Source: Candidatus Doudnabacteria bacterium (GTDB lineage Bacteria > Patescibacteriota > Doudnabacteria > UBA920). From it: a stretch of DNA of 64,000 bases. The notes beneath the pieces are model-generated. The model saw only the letters and a list, made by a program, of their open reading frames with translations. It was not told the DNA's origin and did not search any database. The translations under genes were made by a program, and so were the position numbers. This document shows, piece by piece, positions 48,001 to 56,808 of this stretch (positions are counted from its first letter, which is position 1; each line of letters begins with the position of its first letter). The stretch spans positions 10,853 to 74,852 of the forward strand of contig CAWINB010000004.1 of NCBI GenBank assembly GCA_963837465.1. The letters run 5' to 3'.

Positions 48001-50040
48001 TCCGGTATGGGCTTGAAAAACAATAGGGTTACCCGAAATACCCGAGGCAGGAACACTGACTGTCTCTGAATATGTGCCCGCGTAAACCGTGCAGGTGTCT
48101 CCTGCTAAAGCAGCATTCGCACACGCCTGAATTGTTGTAAAATCACCTCCACCGGCTGATTTAACAGCGTACATAATGCCGCTTGGGGTTGCCTGACTTT
48201 GCATTGTATAGGCAGCCTTGTTGCCAGCCTCATCTTTGACCACAACATTAAAGTAATAGGTCGTAGATGGATACAAACCTGTCACGTTGAATGTGCTGAT
48301 GTTTTGGGTAAACGACTGAATAATACTACCATTTGTTTCGGCATTAGCTACTGTACTAATGTTACTACTGGTAGATTCAATAACTTCATACTGGAGGTTG
48401 GCTTGCAGCGAAACATTGTCCGTAGCCGCTGTCCAGTTAAGAGTAAGGCTGTGAGCCGCGACACTAGCTGCGCTGATTGCCCCGCTACTGCCCGGGACAG
48501 GTGGGGTGGTATCTGGCGCAGTAGTGGTAAAGGTTAAGTCCGTAGATGTAGCAACGTTACCCGAAGAATCAGAAGAAGCTACCTGAAAATGATAAAGGGT
48601 ACTTGTAGCCAGGCCAGTTAAAGTTATGGAGTGAGAAGTCACAAATGAGGCCGATGATGAAGCTGTTCCGTAACCGGAGGTTAGCCCATAATTAACTGTA
48701 GATGTTGCGCTTTCGTCAGTAGTCCAAGTTATAATGGCAGTAGTTTGAGTTGTTGATGAGGCTATAGAAGAAATTACGGGAGGGGTGACGTCGGCGCTTG
48801 TTTGACCGATGTAAGACAAAAGCATACGAGTAGATTGCGGCGTACTGGAAGGAGTGACTTGAGTATCATACAATGCTCCATTTGTGGGAGTAAATGAGCC
48901 TGAGGCCGATCCAGTAGTTGTCGCTGCGCCGGATATGCTAATTGGAAAAGTGGTTGAAGCATTGCCACCGTTCTCGCGCAATACAGTGGCCCAAGATTTA
49001 GTGTTACCTGGGGCACCAATAACTTTGGCATAAAGACCTACTAGGTTGTAGTCGGACCAGCCAAGTGTTTGTGTTTGAGTTTCAGTGGCTGAAATTGTGT
49101 TTGTGCCTGATAATCCTAAGTAATTAACAGCCGAATTTGAAGGCGTAGTATTGGCGATGGGAATGATAAAATCCCCGGTGGTGTTTGGAACGAAAACTAA
49201 ACCAAAAGCTCCTTGAGCAGAAGTAGGGGTACCGGAGGCTGTTTGGACAATATCTATAAGATCGCCTGGTACGACCGACACATTATCACCGGAATTTGTG
49301 TCCGAGAGAACGCCAGTACTGGCGGCATTAAATGTCGTAGCTAAAGTTGTGGTCGCTCCATTTTTTCTCAGAGCAAAAGACTCGCCATTACCAGAGCCAG
49401 GAGCAGCGGATAAGTAAGTGTATAAATGTTCCAAAGTCCCGGTCGCCGGAACTACAATTTGAACATTGCCCTCTGTCGCACTACCTGCAACACCTACTAA
49501 ACCATAGTATGTCGTGCTTGTAGCAAAATTTCCGCCTGTTCCTGACATAAGCACGGTCTCGCCAGCAGTTGTCGGAAGGAAATCCAACATGAACGAAACG
49601 CGCGCACCAGTAGCAGGAGTTCCACTTGGTGTAACTGAGACCGAGACTCGGTTACCGGCTGTAATGTTCACAGTGTCGTTTGTATCGGAACAACTTGTTG
49701 CCAAATCACTTATCGTGCAAGTTAAAGCCGTATTTGCAAGTTCATCGCGAAAAGTTATAACATAAGATTTGCCGGTACCTGGAGCAGTGTCAAGTTGCAC
49801 ACGTAATTTCTGTACAGTTCCGCTAGACGGAGCAATCTGATAAGCATTGATTTCAGCGTTCTGCGGGGGAAGAGCCCCAAAAGGAGAAAAATAGCGAACT
49901 GCTCCGGTACTAGTCTGGCCATCATATGACCCAAACCATTTAGACGGCAAACTGGCTGCCGAGGCTTTACCGACAAAGCTAAAAGCACACACCACAAAAA
50001 ATGCCAGTAAGGTTAATTTGTTGTTTAAAAATTTAGTCAT
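45073..50040 (-). CDS. giant (1655 aa) secreted surface protein: FN3 domains, right-handed beta-helix region, tandem ~80-aa repeats, C-terminal repeat module and peptidoglycan-binding (PG_binding_1-like) domain
   Basis: Signal peptide MTKFLNNKLTLLAFFVVCAFSFVGKASA. FN3-like IITWTTDESATSTVNYG...LYHFQV and IIVSWQTNYQIGSSVDYG...LYHFRV. Beta-helix repeats NNIISYTGGFGVGFN...ISNNTISWAG...IDSNDISH. Duplicated YTIGG.ISGL.GTVVLQ.NGG.N.ST.TN.SFIFATA modules. C-terminal LQQFLNNNNFAVAPNGAIGSPGHETTLFGLATKAALKSFQ. Confidence 0.65.
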   Translation of the reverse strand: MTKFLNNKLTLLAFFVVCAFSFVGKASAASLPSKWFGSYDGQTSTGAVRYFSPFGALPPQNAEINAYQIAPSSGTVQKLRVQLDTAPGTGKSYVITFRDELANTALTCTISDLATSCSDTNDTVNITAGNRVSVSVTPSGTPATGARVSFMLDFLPTTAGETVLMSGTGGNFATSTTYYGLVGVAGSATEGNVQIVVPATGTLEHLYTYLSAAPGSGNGESFALRKNGATTTLATTFNAASTGVLSDTNSGDNVSVVPGDLIDIVQTASGTPTSAQGAFGLVFVPNTTGDFIIPIANTTPSNSAVNYLGLSGTNTISATETQTQTLGWSDYNLVGLYAKVIGAPGNTKSWATVLRENGGNASTTFPISISGAATTTGSASGSFTPTNGALYDTQVTPSSTPQSTRMLLSYIGQTSADVTPPVISSIASSTTQTTAIITWTTDESATSTVNYGLTSGYGTASSSASFVTSHSITLTGLATSTLYHFQVASSDSSGNVATSTDLTFTTTAPDTTPPVPGSSGAISAASVAAHSLTLNWTAATDNVSLQANLQYEVIESTSSNISTVANAETNGSIIQSFTQNISTFNVTGLYPSTTYYFNVVVKDEAGNKAAYTMQSQATPSGIMYAVKSAGGGDFTTIQACANAALAGDTCTVYAGTYSETVSVPASGISGNPIVFQAHTGDTVLVNAFVVSGQNYIAIQGFYIGNHNAAGLRGVQLIAASHVIVSNNIISYTGGFGVGFNQSPYNPSNNSNYCTISNNTISWAGYNASGTYGIDVYGNYNLIDSNDISHVLDYTHVHGSYDVLRNNTWHDSASTDFVSTMGTVNVTNGSTTVTWASGTVFDSSWAGGNVYAISIGSLVYSILSISSSTSLTLYTPFAGTTGTYSYAATTTAHLDGMQTWDVTGTPLIHLLMENNVMYNTPEYNTHFSLLQAETPTVDNPTGVITRFNTYYGSGGYFVLSQGIPQSKVYNNDIINTVLPPDYTASWNYMPGVGATGGAWLNNLLYNDIVNGYYDILTDASSSPTISGNTLVFNQGYSGSWQSSLSSESGVVLNQDPLLTNVATPPSGNFQLQNSSPARGAGTYLTTVANSDTGSGTSLVVNDAGFFSDGSGIVNADWIRVGSATTVQISSINYSTNVITLASPITRSSGNPVYLYKNSSGTQVLYSSSPDIGAYQSSSTTYTIGGTISGLSGTVVLQDNGGDNYSTSTNGSFIFATALNNSASYSVTVLTQPSGQTCSVTNGSGTVSSANVSNVSVSCSNNPTYTIGGNISGLTGTVVLQNNGGNNISTTTNTSFIFATATSTGGTYNVTVLTQPSGQTCNVTNGSGTVASSNITNVSVSCSTNVVSSGGGGGAIYASFSNVQVSNTTPTSIIVSWQTNYQIGSSVDYGTTSSYGSTVSSSTPATSHSLILTSLNPATLYHFRVKDPNLQFNVSGDYTFTTLTLAGTVAPSPTSTPTSIPYLILPTPPTTNISPSVTVVLPYNVHDGQLLQFKGNPTIYLVKPNGLYPFDTFLSFQQYQSQSGEKLTVLRGSKAPYTIESETASQVLGQTALSSPAPAATNQSTGLIPATIIFTRNLGYLSKGVDVTALQQFLNNNNFAVAPNGAIGSPGHETTLFGLATKAALKSFQNKYKTQIGIKADNGALDTLTRSFINNLR

Positions 50041-50130
50041 CGTAAAAGTAAAAAATAAAAAGCGCCGTCAAAAACGGAGCTTAAATAAAAATATTAAGTT
50101 TGTATAATCGCAAAACTGGCGAGCGTGTTT

Positions 50131-50148
50131 TACTCTCTCTCTCTCTCG
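50131..50148. repeat. dinucleotide microsatellite (CT)8 about 90 nt upstream of the giant gene start
   Basis: tactctctctctctctcg in the 5' region shared by the giant gene and ORF 50176..50478. Confidence 0.8.
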
Positions 50149-50175
50149 TTGTCAGCTTTTAAAATTTTAGGCATT

Positions 50176-50478
50176 TTAGTTTTTTTCTGGTAGCCGCCGT
50201 AAGGCTTGGGATGTAATTTCTTCTAGGGTGTCGGCCGGTACTGGCTTGCCAAGTATTCTTTCAGCTAGTTCCAGCATTTTGTTTAAACTTGGTTGACTTT
50301 TAAATTTATTCGCTATAATTTCCTGAGCGCCTTCTTGGGCAGGGGTTTTATCCTCAGCAGTTATTCTGGATAGATGAAGCATTGTGACATAGGCGGATAA
50401 AAGTCTTGCACATTCTTCCAGATAAGCCTGGTTATCTTCCGGCCTGCGAACCAATTCTAGCCTCTTAGGATAATCCAT
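50176..50478 (-). CDS. hypothetical 100-aa protein, co-oriented upstream of the giant gene
   Basis: Intact helical-looking ORF (MDYPKRLELVRRPEDNQAYLEE...). No known motif. Confidence 0.3.
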   Translation of the reverse strand: MDYPKRLELVRRPEDNQAYLEECARLLSAYVTMLHLSRITAEDKTPAQEGAQEIIANKFKSQPSLNKMLELAERILGKPVPADTLEEITSQALRRLPEKN

Positions 50479-50619
50479 AATTACTACAACTATTTATACA
50501 AATATTATACTATAGTTTACGATTAAAGACCAGCATTTAATAGCTAAGGGTATTATGGTATAGTGTTTTGGTAATTTGGTCAGTATTTTTGGTCTTTGTT
50601 TCCTGTTTTCTGTCTTCCA

Positions 50620-50981
50620 CCCCCACACCCTTTTGTATTGATTTTTAGGTTTTGATGTTTTTTGTGTTTTGGTTTAGATTAGTTTAGTTAGTTGGTTAAG
50701 ATTTATGTATTTTGAGTAGTATTTTTAAGGTATTTTAGTATTAGAGTTAGTAGTAGTATTGGTCGTTCAGTTGATTACCTGGTGGTAGGTAGTCCGCGGT
50801 TTTTGTTTGGGACAGAGTCAATAGAATCAAGGGGTTTATGAGTTTTAGTGGTAGAACCCTGTTCTGCTACCCGTTCTACCACCTAGCTGGCTAATTTTGG
50901 CAGCTAAAACAGGCTAAATTGGGTGGCCAAAATTAGCTGTTTTGGGTATAATAGGTTTGTAAAATATCGAATAAAGGTACC
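50620..50981. repeat. inverted repeat IR2, right copy (~362 bp)
   Basis: cccccacacccttttgtattgatttttagg...ggtttgtaaaatatcgaataaaggtacc. Reverse complement of 44572-44934. Confidence 0.8.
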
Positions 50982-51336
50982 AAAAAAAATGCCTATAAAT
51001 TAAAAATACCGGACTCATTCCGGTATTTTTAATTACCCGGGCAACAACCTTTGGGTCAAAATCAATAATCCATTGAATACCGCATTTGTCTCTAAACATT
51101 CCAAGATATAAAATTTAAAGGTTCCTATAAAATTTAAAGGTTCCTGACACCTTTGAATTCCTCCTTACATGAATGGTTGTCAGCCGTGCCAGAATTAGCA
51201 AATTGTATTCTTTTAAAAAATAAACAGCGTCCATGGATTAGTAAAAATAATTTGCCGAATGATAACTTCGACAAAATTTTTACAGAATAGCTAGTTGGGG
51301 GCAGTTATTATAAAAACCAATTTTTTATAGAGCGAC

Positions 51337-51594
51337 TCACTCCTCTCCTAATAATTTTTCTAATTCAGAAACTATATCCTCAATTAGATCGCTATCAGAC
51401 CGTTTAGCTAGCCTGTCTGCCAAAGTAGGGCTATATTTAGCCATATCGTCTTTTGTAATATTGTGCCAAACAGGTAATACTACTTTTCTGCCATTTCTCT
51501 CTTGAGCAACCAAGCCATTTAACTCATATTCTGTCCATTGTTTCTTTGTCAAAAAAGCTTTAGAAAAAACGACAATCCCATAAGTAGAATTTTT
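51337..51594 (-). pseudogene. 3' fragment of a TIR-domain-like protein gene
   Basis: VVLPVWHNITKDDMAKYSPTLADRLAK resembles the conserved C-terminal half of TIR domains. The ORF opens only 14 codons upstream of a TTG and lacks the N-terminal half. Confidence 0.3.
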
Positions 51595-51717
51595 TCAACC
51601 ACTGTGCACTGGAAGTGCACAGACTGGTCGCCGACTGGAAGTCGAGAACAGCGAAGGAATTATCTATTATTTTTTACTGAAGTGACCGCCTGAAGGCGTG
51701 GGAACTCACCGCCCCAA

Positions 51718-51903
51718 ATGGAGGCCTTAGAAGGTCAAGGCATTATGCATATAGATTCAGAATCAGCTCCAGTCCATCCTGGGCAGGCAATTTATATTCC
51801 ACCAAGCTCCAAACGATATATTGAAAATAACGGTAAGGCTGATTTAAAATTTTTATGTATTGTCGACCCTGCATGGAGAGTTGAGGATGAAGAGGTGCTT
51901 TAA
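51718..51903 (+). pseudogene. cupin-barrel fragment
   Basis: GQAIYIPPSSKRYIENNGKADLKFLCIV is a typical cupin_2 C-terminal strand pattern. Only 61 aa. Confidence 0.3.
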
Positions 51904-51960
51904 CCCAAAGTAGACTGGAAAACCTTTCCAGCTTAAAAATAACAGTTTTCCAAAAGCACC

Positions 51961-53379
51961 TTGCTCAAGCAAATAAATCTGGAAAACTTTTTTGTTTTAA
52001 ATATAACCAAATTGGAGTATAATATAAAAAACTCATGTTTTATGAACAAACTTTTTTCTCAAAACCCAACTGCTGAAAGCCAAAATTCAGATCAGTCTAT
52101 TAAGAAACCCATGATTCCTTGGGCCATATTGATTTTAGTAGTTTTGGCAGTAATTGGTTCCTTTGTTTACATACAGGGTAGAACAAACCCAAATCAAAGT
52201 AACAAAATTGCAAACAAAAATATTTTCCAAAATAATACAACTGAGAAAAATTCCTCCGCCAATATTTCCAAAAATAAGGAATTCAGCCCCACAAAGGTAT
52301 TAGTGACCACCGACTCAGAAATAGCACTTTATGACATACTGGCTCAAAAAATAATTGCTTCCACAACTGAGCCAAATGCTTTTTCTAACGTAGCCGGATC
52401 CAGTGCCGCAATACAATATAATGATAAAACCGGAGATATTTTTTATTTTATTGCAGGCGGTGTGGACTATGATGGAACATGTGATCCCGGCGGCACTTGT
52501 ACCAACGGATTATATAAGACAAATATTTATACCCATAAAACAAGTTTTTTATGGCGGACAGCGGATTGGCCGCCAAGCCAATGGGTTATTGATACAAATA
52601 ATAACTCAGTACTTGTTGGATTTGGGTTAGGCAGCAACCTTGAATCTACCAGCACCGTACGATCAATCTTAGATATTATGAAAATTGATGCCGAGAATGG
52701 GGCAACTTCAACAATTTTTAGCCAAACCTTTCCCGGTAATACTGGGTTTGGAAGTTTCGCTTTATCAAACGATGGCACGAAACTGTATATGACGGCTATA
52801 CAAGATTTTTTTAATCCACGGAGTCCCACCGAATTAAGCGCCAATTATTTAGATTTAACAAGTAATAAACTTTACGGGTTGGCTAAAATCACGGCTTCGT
52901 CTTTAAATGATATCCTCGATATGTCTGCGTCATATTATTCCTACGACGACAAATACCTACTTTATTTTAATAATAGTATTAACCCTATTATTTTAGATAT
53001 TAACAATTTAAAGAATATCCCAATCAATGGCATACCATACGCTGATTTGCTTAACGCCAGTTTTGTATGGGCTACTGACAATGCCGGATTATATTATAGC
53101 AATGATACTGTAATTTCTGGCGACAAACAGATGCGTTATTATTCCTTGGCGACTCAAAGCAGCTCAACTTTAGCATTTCTTCCACCCTATCAAACAGAAC
53201 CCATTGCGGCATCGGACAAATATTTGTTTTACACAGCATATGTGTCGGCGAAGACAAATGGAACTCATTATAATGAATGGGAAACAAAGGGTTATGATTT
53301 AGCCAATAACAGAGATCTTGATTTATCAAATTTTCCCATGTCGACCGATCCGCCAGGAATCACTTTTGTAAATGATTAA
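51961..53379 (+). CDS. hypothetical membrane-anchored extracellular protein, very AT-rich (possibly beta-propeller)
   Basis: TM helix IPWAILILVVLAVIGSFVYI. Repeated beta-rich segments. Composition much lower in GC than the surrounding genes. Confidence 0.4.
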   Translation: MLKQINLENFFVLNITKLEYNIKNSCFMNKLFSQNPTAESQNSDQSIKKPMIPWAILILVVLAVIGSFVYIQGRTNPNQSNKIANKNIFQNNTTEKNSSANISKNKEFSPTKVLVTTDSEIALYDILAQKIIASTTEPNAFSNVAGSSAAIQYNDKTGDIFYFIAGGVDYDGTCDPGGTCTNGLYKTNIYTHKTSFLWRTADWPPSQWVIDTNNNSVLVGFGLGSNLESTSTVRSILDIMKIDAENGATSTIFSQTFPGNTGFGSFALSNDGTKLYMTAIQDFFNPRSPTELSANYLDLTSNKLYGLAKITASSLNDILDMSASYYSYDDKYLLYFNNSINPIILDINNLKNIPINGIPYADLLNASFVWATDNAGLYYSNDTVISGDKQMRYYSLATQSSSTLAFLPPYQTEPIAASDKYLFYTAYVSAKTNGTHYNEWETKGYDLANNRDLDLSNFPMSTDPPGITFVND

Positions 53380-53460
53380 CATGGGCAAGTTTTGTGATTT
53401 AAGCATTCGCCATAGAAGAATGTAAAATTAGGGGGTTATTTAGTGAATTATAAATCTCCC

Positions 53461-53922
53461 TTACAAGAGCCAAATAAGTTTTCCACCTGTCTCGAGGTGC
53501 GCTACCAAATTAGATTTTTTTCCTCCGTACTCCTTGTTTATCTTATAGACTTGCGGTAATTTGGCGGTTCCAAACTTCTTACCGTCAAACTTTATTTTTT
53601 CTTTGAATATCATTTTCTGGAAACGTAATCGTGCAGGATAATCAGCTTCATTCCACGTTTTTGCTGTGGTTCTAACATACTCAAAACAATAGCTTAAAGA
53701 TTCCTCCATATTAAACTCTTCAACCCTGCTCTCTTGCACGAGCAGGCGTTTTGCGCCTATGGCAGAATTTATTTTATTTTTCTGGTCTAAAAATTCTTCA
53801 TCTGAATATTTACCGCTTCTATGAAAATCAAAAACTTTTTGTCGTTCCTGTTCCAGCTTGGTGGTGTTTTTGTTTCTGTCGGCAGCTGTTTTTATTTCTT
53901 TTCTCAGGCAATCGACAGGTTT
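53461..53922 (-). CDS. hypothetical protein (open frame extends upstream of the listed GTG start to a stop at 53923-53925); possible recombinase C-terminal remnant
   Basis: Hand translation shows no stop between 53739 and 53922. Lys/Glu-rich coiled-coil-like N-part. Assignment uncertain. Confidence 0.2.
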   Translation of the reverse strand, partial: KPVDCLRKEIKTAADRNKNTTKLEQERQKVFDFHRSGKYSDEEFLDQKNKINSAIGAKRLLVQESRVEEFNMEESLSYCFEYVRTTAKTWNEADYPARLRFQKMIFKEKIKFDGKKFGTAKLPQVYKINKEYGGKKSNLVAHLETGGKLIWLL

Positions 53923-54058
53923 TTATTCTCAAATCAGGCTTCTGTTTACACAATTGAGCCGTATAGTGTAAAATATAATCTCCTCGGTTAGTTCCTGTCT
54001 TGCGGGATGGCCCAAGTTGTGTTGTTAATAAAATAATAATTAATAATTAGCCTTAAAT

Positions 54059-56590
54059 ATGAGATTTTTTAAAATACTCCTGCCTGTTTTAGCGCTGGCC
54101 TGTTTTGCTTTTGGCGCCGCTCCACGGCTTGCCCAGGCCGCCGGTACCTTAAATTTTGATGTAGAGGGCCCGTCCGGGACAATATATAACAACAGTATTG
54201 ACCCGTCCGCAATCTCCCCCTGCGCCACGCCGGATAACGCGACTTCCACCGTAAATGGATACTGCCTGTTTGCCGCCGCGGGACTTAGCAATGTAAACGC
54301 GACATCAACGGCTTCCGGTTTGCAGATAACCTCCGTTAACGGCATTAGCGGCAACTGGCAGTGGTTTTTAAACGGCAGTTTCCAGGCAGGCAGCATTGAA
54401 AGCTACACTCCTCAGGCAGGCGACAGCATTTTGTGGGCGGAGGGAGTAGAGCCTTTGCAGGTTACCCTGTCAACAACCACTCCGGCGGTTAACGCCAGCA
54501 CTACCGTGACCGTGCTGGGCTTTGCCACCAGCACTTCCGATTTTTTGCCGGTCGCGGGCGCGACCATAGTAGGAACCTCGGCAACCACCAACATTAACGG
54601 CGCCGCGGCCATAGTAGCCACATCCACCAATCCATTGACAATTTCAGTTACTGCTCCCGGGTTTATTTCCAGCCAGCAGTTTACCATTACACCCCAGCCT
54701 GAAAGCATAACACTGATCGTCCGCGATGGCAGCGCTACCGCATTCTCCGGCAGTGTCAATTTACCCGACCAAAGCTCTCCGGATATTATGGTTACGCCTG
54801 CCAACAGCACCAGCAGTATAGCGGTTTCTCCCCGCAGCGTGCTGGGTATCCTGGAAGCAACTGAAGCATCATCCACTGGTTTTAATATTACAAATCTATC
54901 TTACTCAACCAGCACCAATTCCTTTACCATTAACTGCGTCGCGGTTCCCTCTGCCACCTCCACACCGGACTGTTCCAACTGGACTTACGCCGTTAATGGC
55001 GCTTACCCTCAAACCGGAATCAACCAGCAGCTGCTCAACAATGGCGATATTGTTTACCTTTTCTTTGGCACGCCCCACCAAACCGCGCTGTCTCAAAGTT
55101 CAACAACCGCGGGCCAGCCCTTTACCGCGACCGCGGAACAGTATAACTTAAGCTCCGGAGCCTATCAACCGCTGACCGGGGTAACTTTGGGAATAATAAC
55201 CTTTAACCCCGATTCCTCTTATACCGAACTGGCAACATCCACCGTGGACGCAAGCGGCAACGCGGTGTTTACGCTCAACAACGCGGGAACATACGCGGTC
55301 GGCATTCAGGAAGATTCCTATTCCCCCAGCGCTACCATAACAGTTACCAGCGCCGCGTCGTCCGGCGGCGGAGGCCTTAGCCACAGCACCTTTAACATTC
55401 CAAACGCGTTGAGCTTTATCTCGGCCCAGCAGAATATCAACGGTTCCTTCGGCTCGACTTCCAATACCGACTGGACGGCAATCGCGCTGGCGGCTGTAAA
55501 TCCCGGAGCCGCCAAAACAAAACTCACAAATTATCTGCTCAGCACCACGCCCGCGCTTTCCGGCATTTTAGATTATGAACAGCAAGCCATGGCCTTGGAA
55601 GCCCTGGACATCAACCCTTATTCCGGCACTTCGGTTAATTACATAACCGCCATCACCACCGCGTTTAACGGCGCTCAAATAGGCAGCTCCGGCGACACTG
55701 ACGACATTTTCGCCCTTCTTCCCCTTGAGCACGCGGGCTTTACGTCCGGCGATTTAATTATCCAAAAAGAAGCGGCGTTTGTGCTTTCCACCCAGCAACC
55801 CGATGGCTCATGGGACGAATCTCCGGCTATGACCGCGGCGGCCATACAAGCCTTAGGTCCGCTTTTTGATATTTCCGGCGTTAACAACGCGCTCGGGCAG
55901 GCGGCCGGATATCTGGCGTTCACCGAACTACCCAACGGCGGCTGGGGCAATATAGATTCCACCAGCTGGGTCCAAGCGGCGATTAACGGCATAATCCAGG
56001 CTCAAACTCCCGGCTTTGAAACAGAAACTCCCTGGACTTCCACAGCCGGATACTTACCCACCGATGCCATAGCCAGCGCGCAACAATCCAACGGAGCCAT
56101 CCAGTCCGCAAATCCCCTGTTAAGCACCAGCTATGCCGTAACCGCGGCCTCGGGCCAAAGCTGGGTATCAATTCTAAATTCGTTCCCGCAGCCCAACTCT
56201 CCGGGTTCGGGCGGAGGAGGAGGCAGTTCATCGAGCGGAGAAGTTTTGGGAACCGCGACTTCAACGCCCAGCGTTTTAACGGCTCCGGAAGCGACTACAA
56301 CACCGGCAACCGCCACATCCACCAAAATCGTTACTATCCTGCTGCCGACTTTAACCATAAACCGGGCGACCTCTACAGTAACAACACTTAGGCCAAACAC
56401 AAAATTCCGCGGAAAACCAGGGGCCAAAACAAAAAAACCCTCCCATACCTCGGCCAAAGAAGCAAAGCCGGAAGCCGTCCACCCAACCATATCCCAAGCG
56501 CCGGCCGCGACCATGACATCACCGGAAAATCGAGGCTTCCTCGGACGCACCTGGCACGCAATCACCTCTTTTTTCCACCGCCTGTTTTAA
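54059..56590 (+). CDS. secreted 843-aa protein with DUF4430-like beta domains and prenyltransferase/terpene-cyclase-like alpha/alpha-toroid repeats (transcobalamin-like architecture)
   Basis: Signal peptide MRFFKILLPVLALACFAFGAAPRLAQA. GDSILWAEG and NGDIVYLFFG beta-domain signatures. Repeats QQPDGSWDESPAMTAAAIQAL, ELPNGGWGNIDSTSWVQAAINGI, QQSNGAIQSANPLLSTSYAV. Lys/Pro-rich C-terminal tail. Confidence 0.45.
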   Translation: MRFFKILLPVLALACFAFGAAPRLAQAAGTLNFDVEGPSGTIYNNSIDPSAISPCATPDNATSTVNGYCLFAAAGLSNVNATSTASGLQITSVNGISGNWQWFLNGSFQAGSIESYTPQAGDSILWAEGVEPLQVTLSTTTPAVNASTTVTVLGFATSTSDFLPVAGATIVGTSATTNINGAAAIVATSTNPLTISVTAPGFISSQQFTITPQPESITLIVRDGSATAFSGSVNLPDQSSPDIMVTPANSTSSIAVSPRSVLGILEATEASSTGFNITNLSYSTSTNSFTINCVAVPSATSTPDCSNWTYAVNGAYPQTGINQQLLNNGDIVYLFFGTPHQTALSQSSTTAGQPFTATAEQYNLSSGAYQPLTGVTLGIITFNPDSSYTELATSTVDASGNAVFTLNNAGTYAVGIQEDSYSPSATITVTSAASSGGGGLSHSTFNIPNALSFISAQQNINGSFGSTSNTDWTAIALAAVNPGAAKTKLTNYLLSTTPALSGILDYEQQAMALEALDINPYSGTSVNYITAITTAFNGAQIGSSGDTDDIFALLPLEHAGFTSGDLIIQKEAAFVLSTQQPDGSWDESPAMTAAAIQALGPLFDISGVNNALGQAAGYLAFTELPNGGWGNIDSTSWVQAAINGIIQAQTPGFETETPWTSTAGYLPTDAIASAQQSNGAIQSANPLLSTSYAVTAASGQSWVSILNSFPQPNSPGSGGGGGSSSSGEVLGTATSTPSVLTAPEATTTPATATSTKIVTILLPTLTINRATSTVTTLRPNTKFRGKPGAKTKKPSHTSAKEAKPEAVHPTISQAPAATMTSPENRGFLGRTWHAITSFFHRLF

Positions 56591-56713
56591 CCAACTTACC
56601 GACCTTTAGCGCATGGTTTATTAGAACCTATTCGCAAAATAGATTCTAATCAGATATGTCGCAAAGCCTGCAAAAACCAAGCATTTTCGATCAATATCTC
56701 CATCAACTTAAAT

Positions 56714-56747
56714 CTTAGAGACTGTCTGAAAAGATCCATTTCTGCCG
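56714..56747. repeat. dispersed 34-bp motif copy B (TTAGAGACTGTCTGAAAAGATCCATTTCTGCCGG)
   Basis: 32/34 identical to copy A at 37918-37951. Lies upstream of engB. Confidence 0.7.
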
Positions 56748-56808
56748 GAAATTCTGAAATTTCGCGACGAAAGCGACTTTCCGGACAGCCCTTAAAGGTC
56801 AACAGGAC

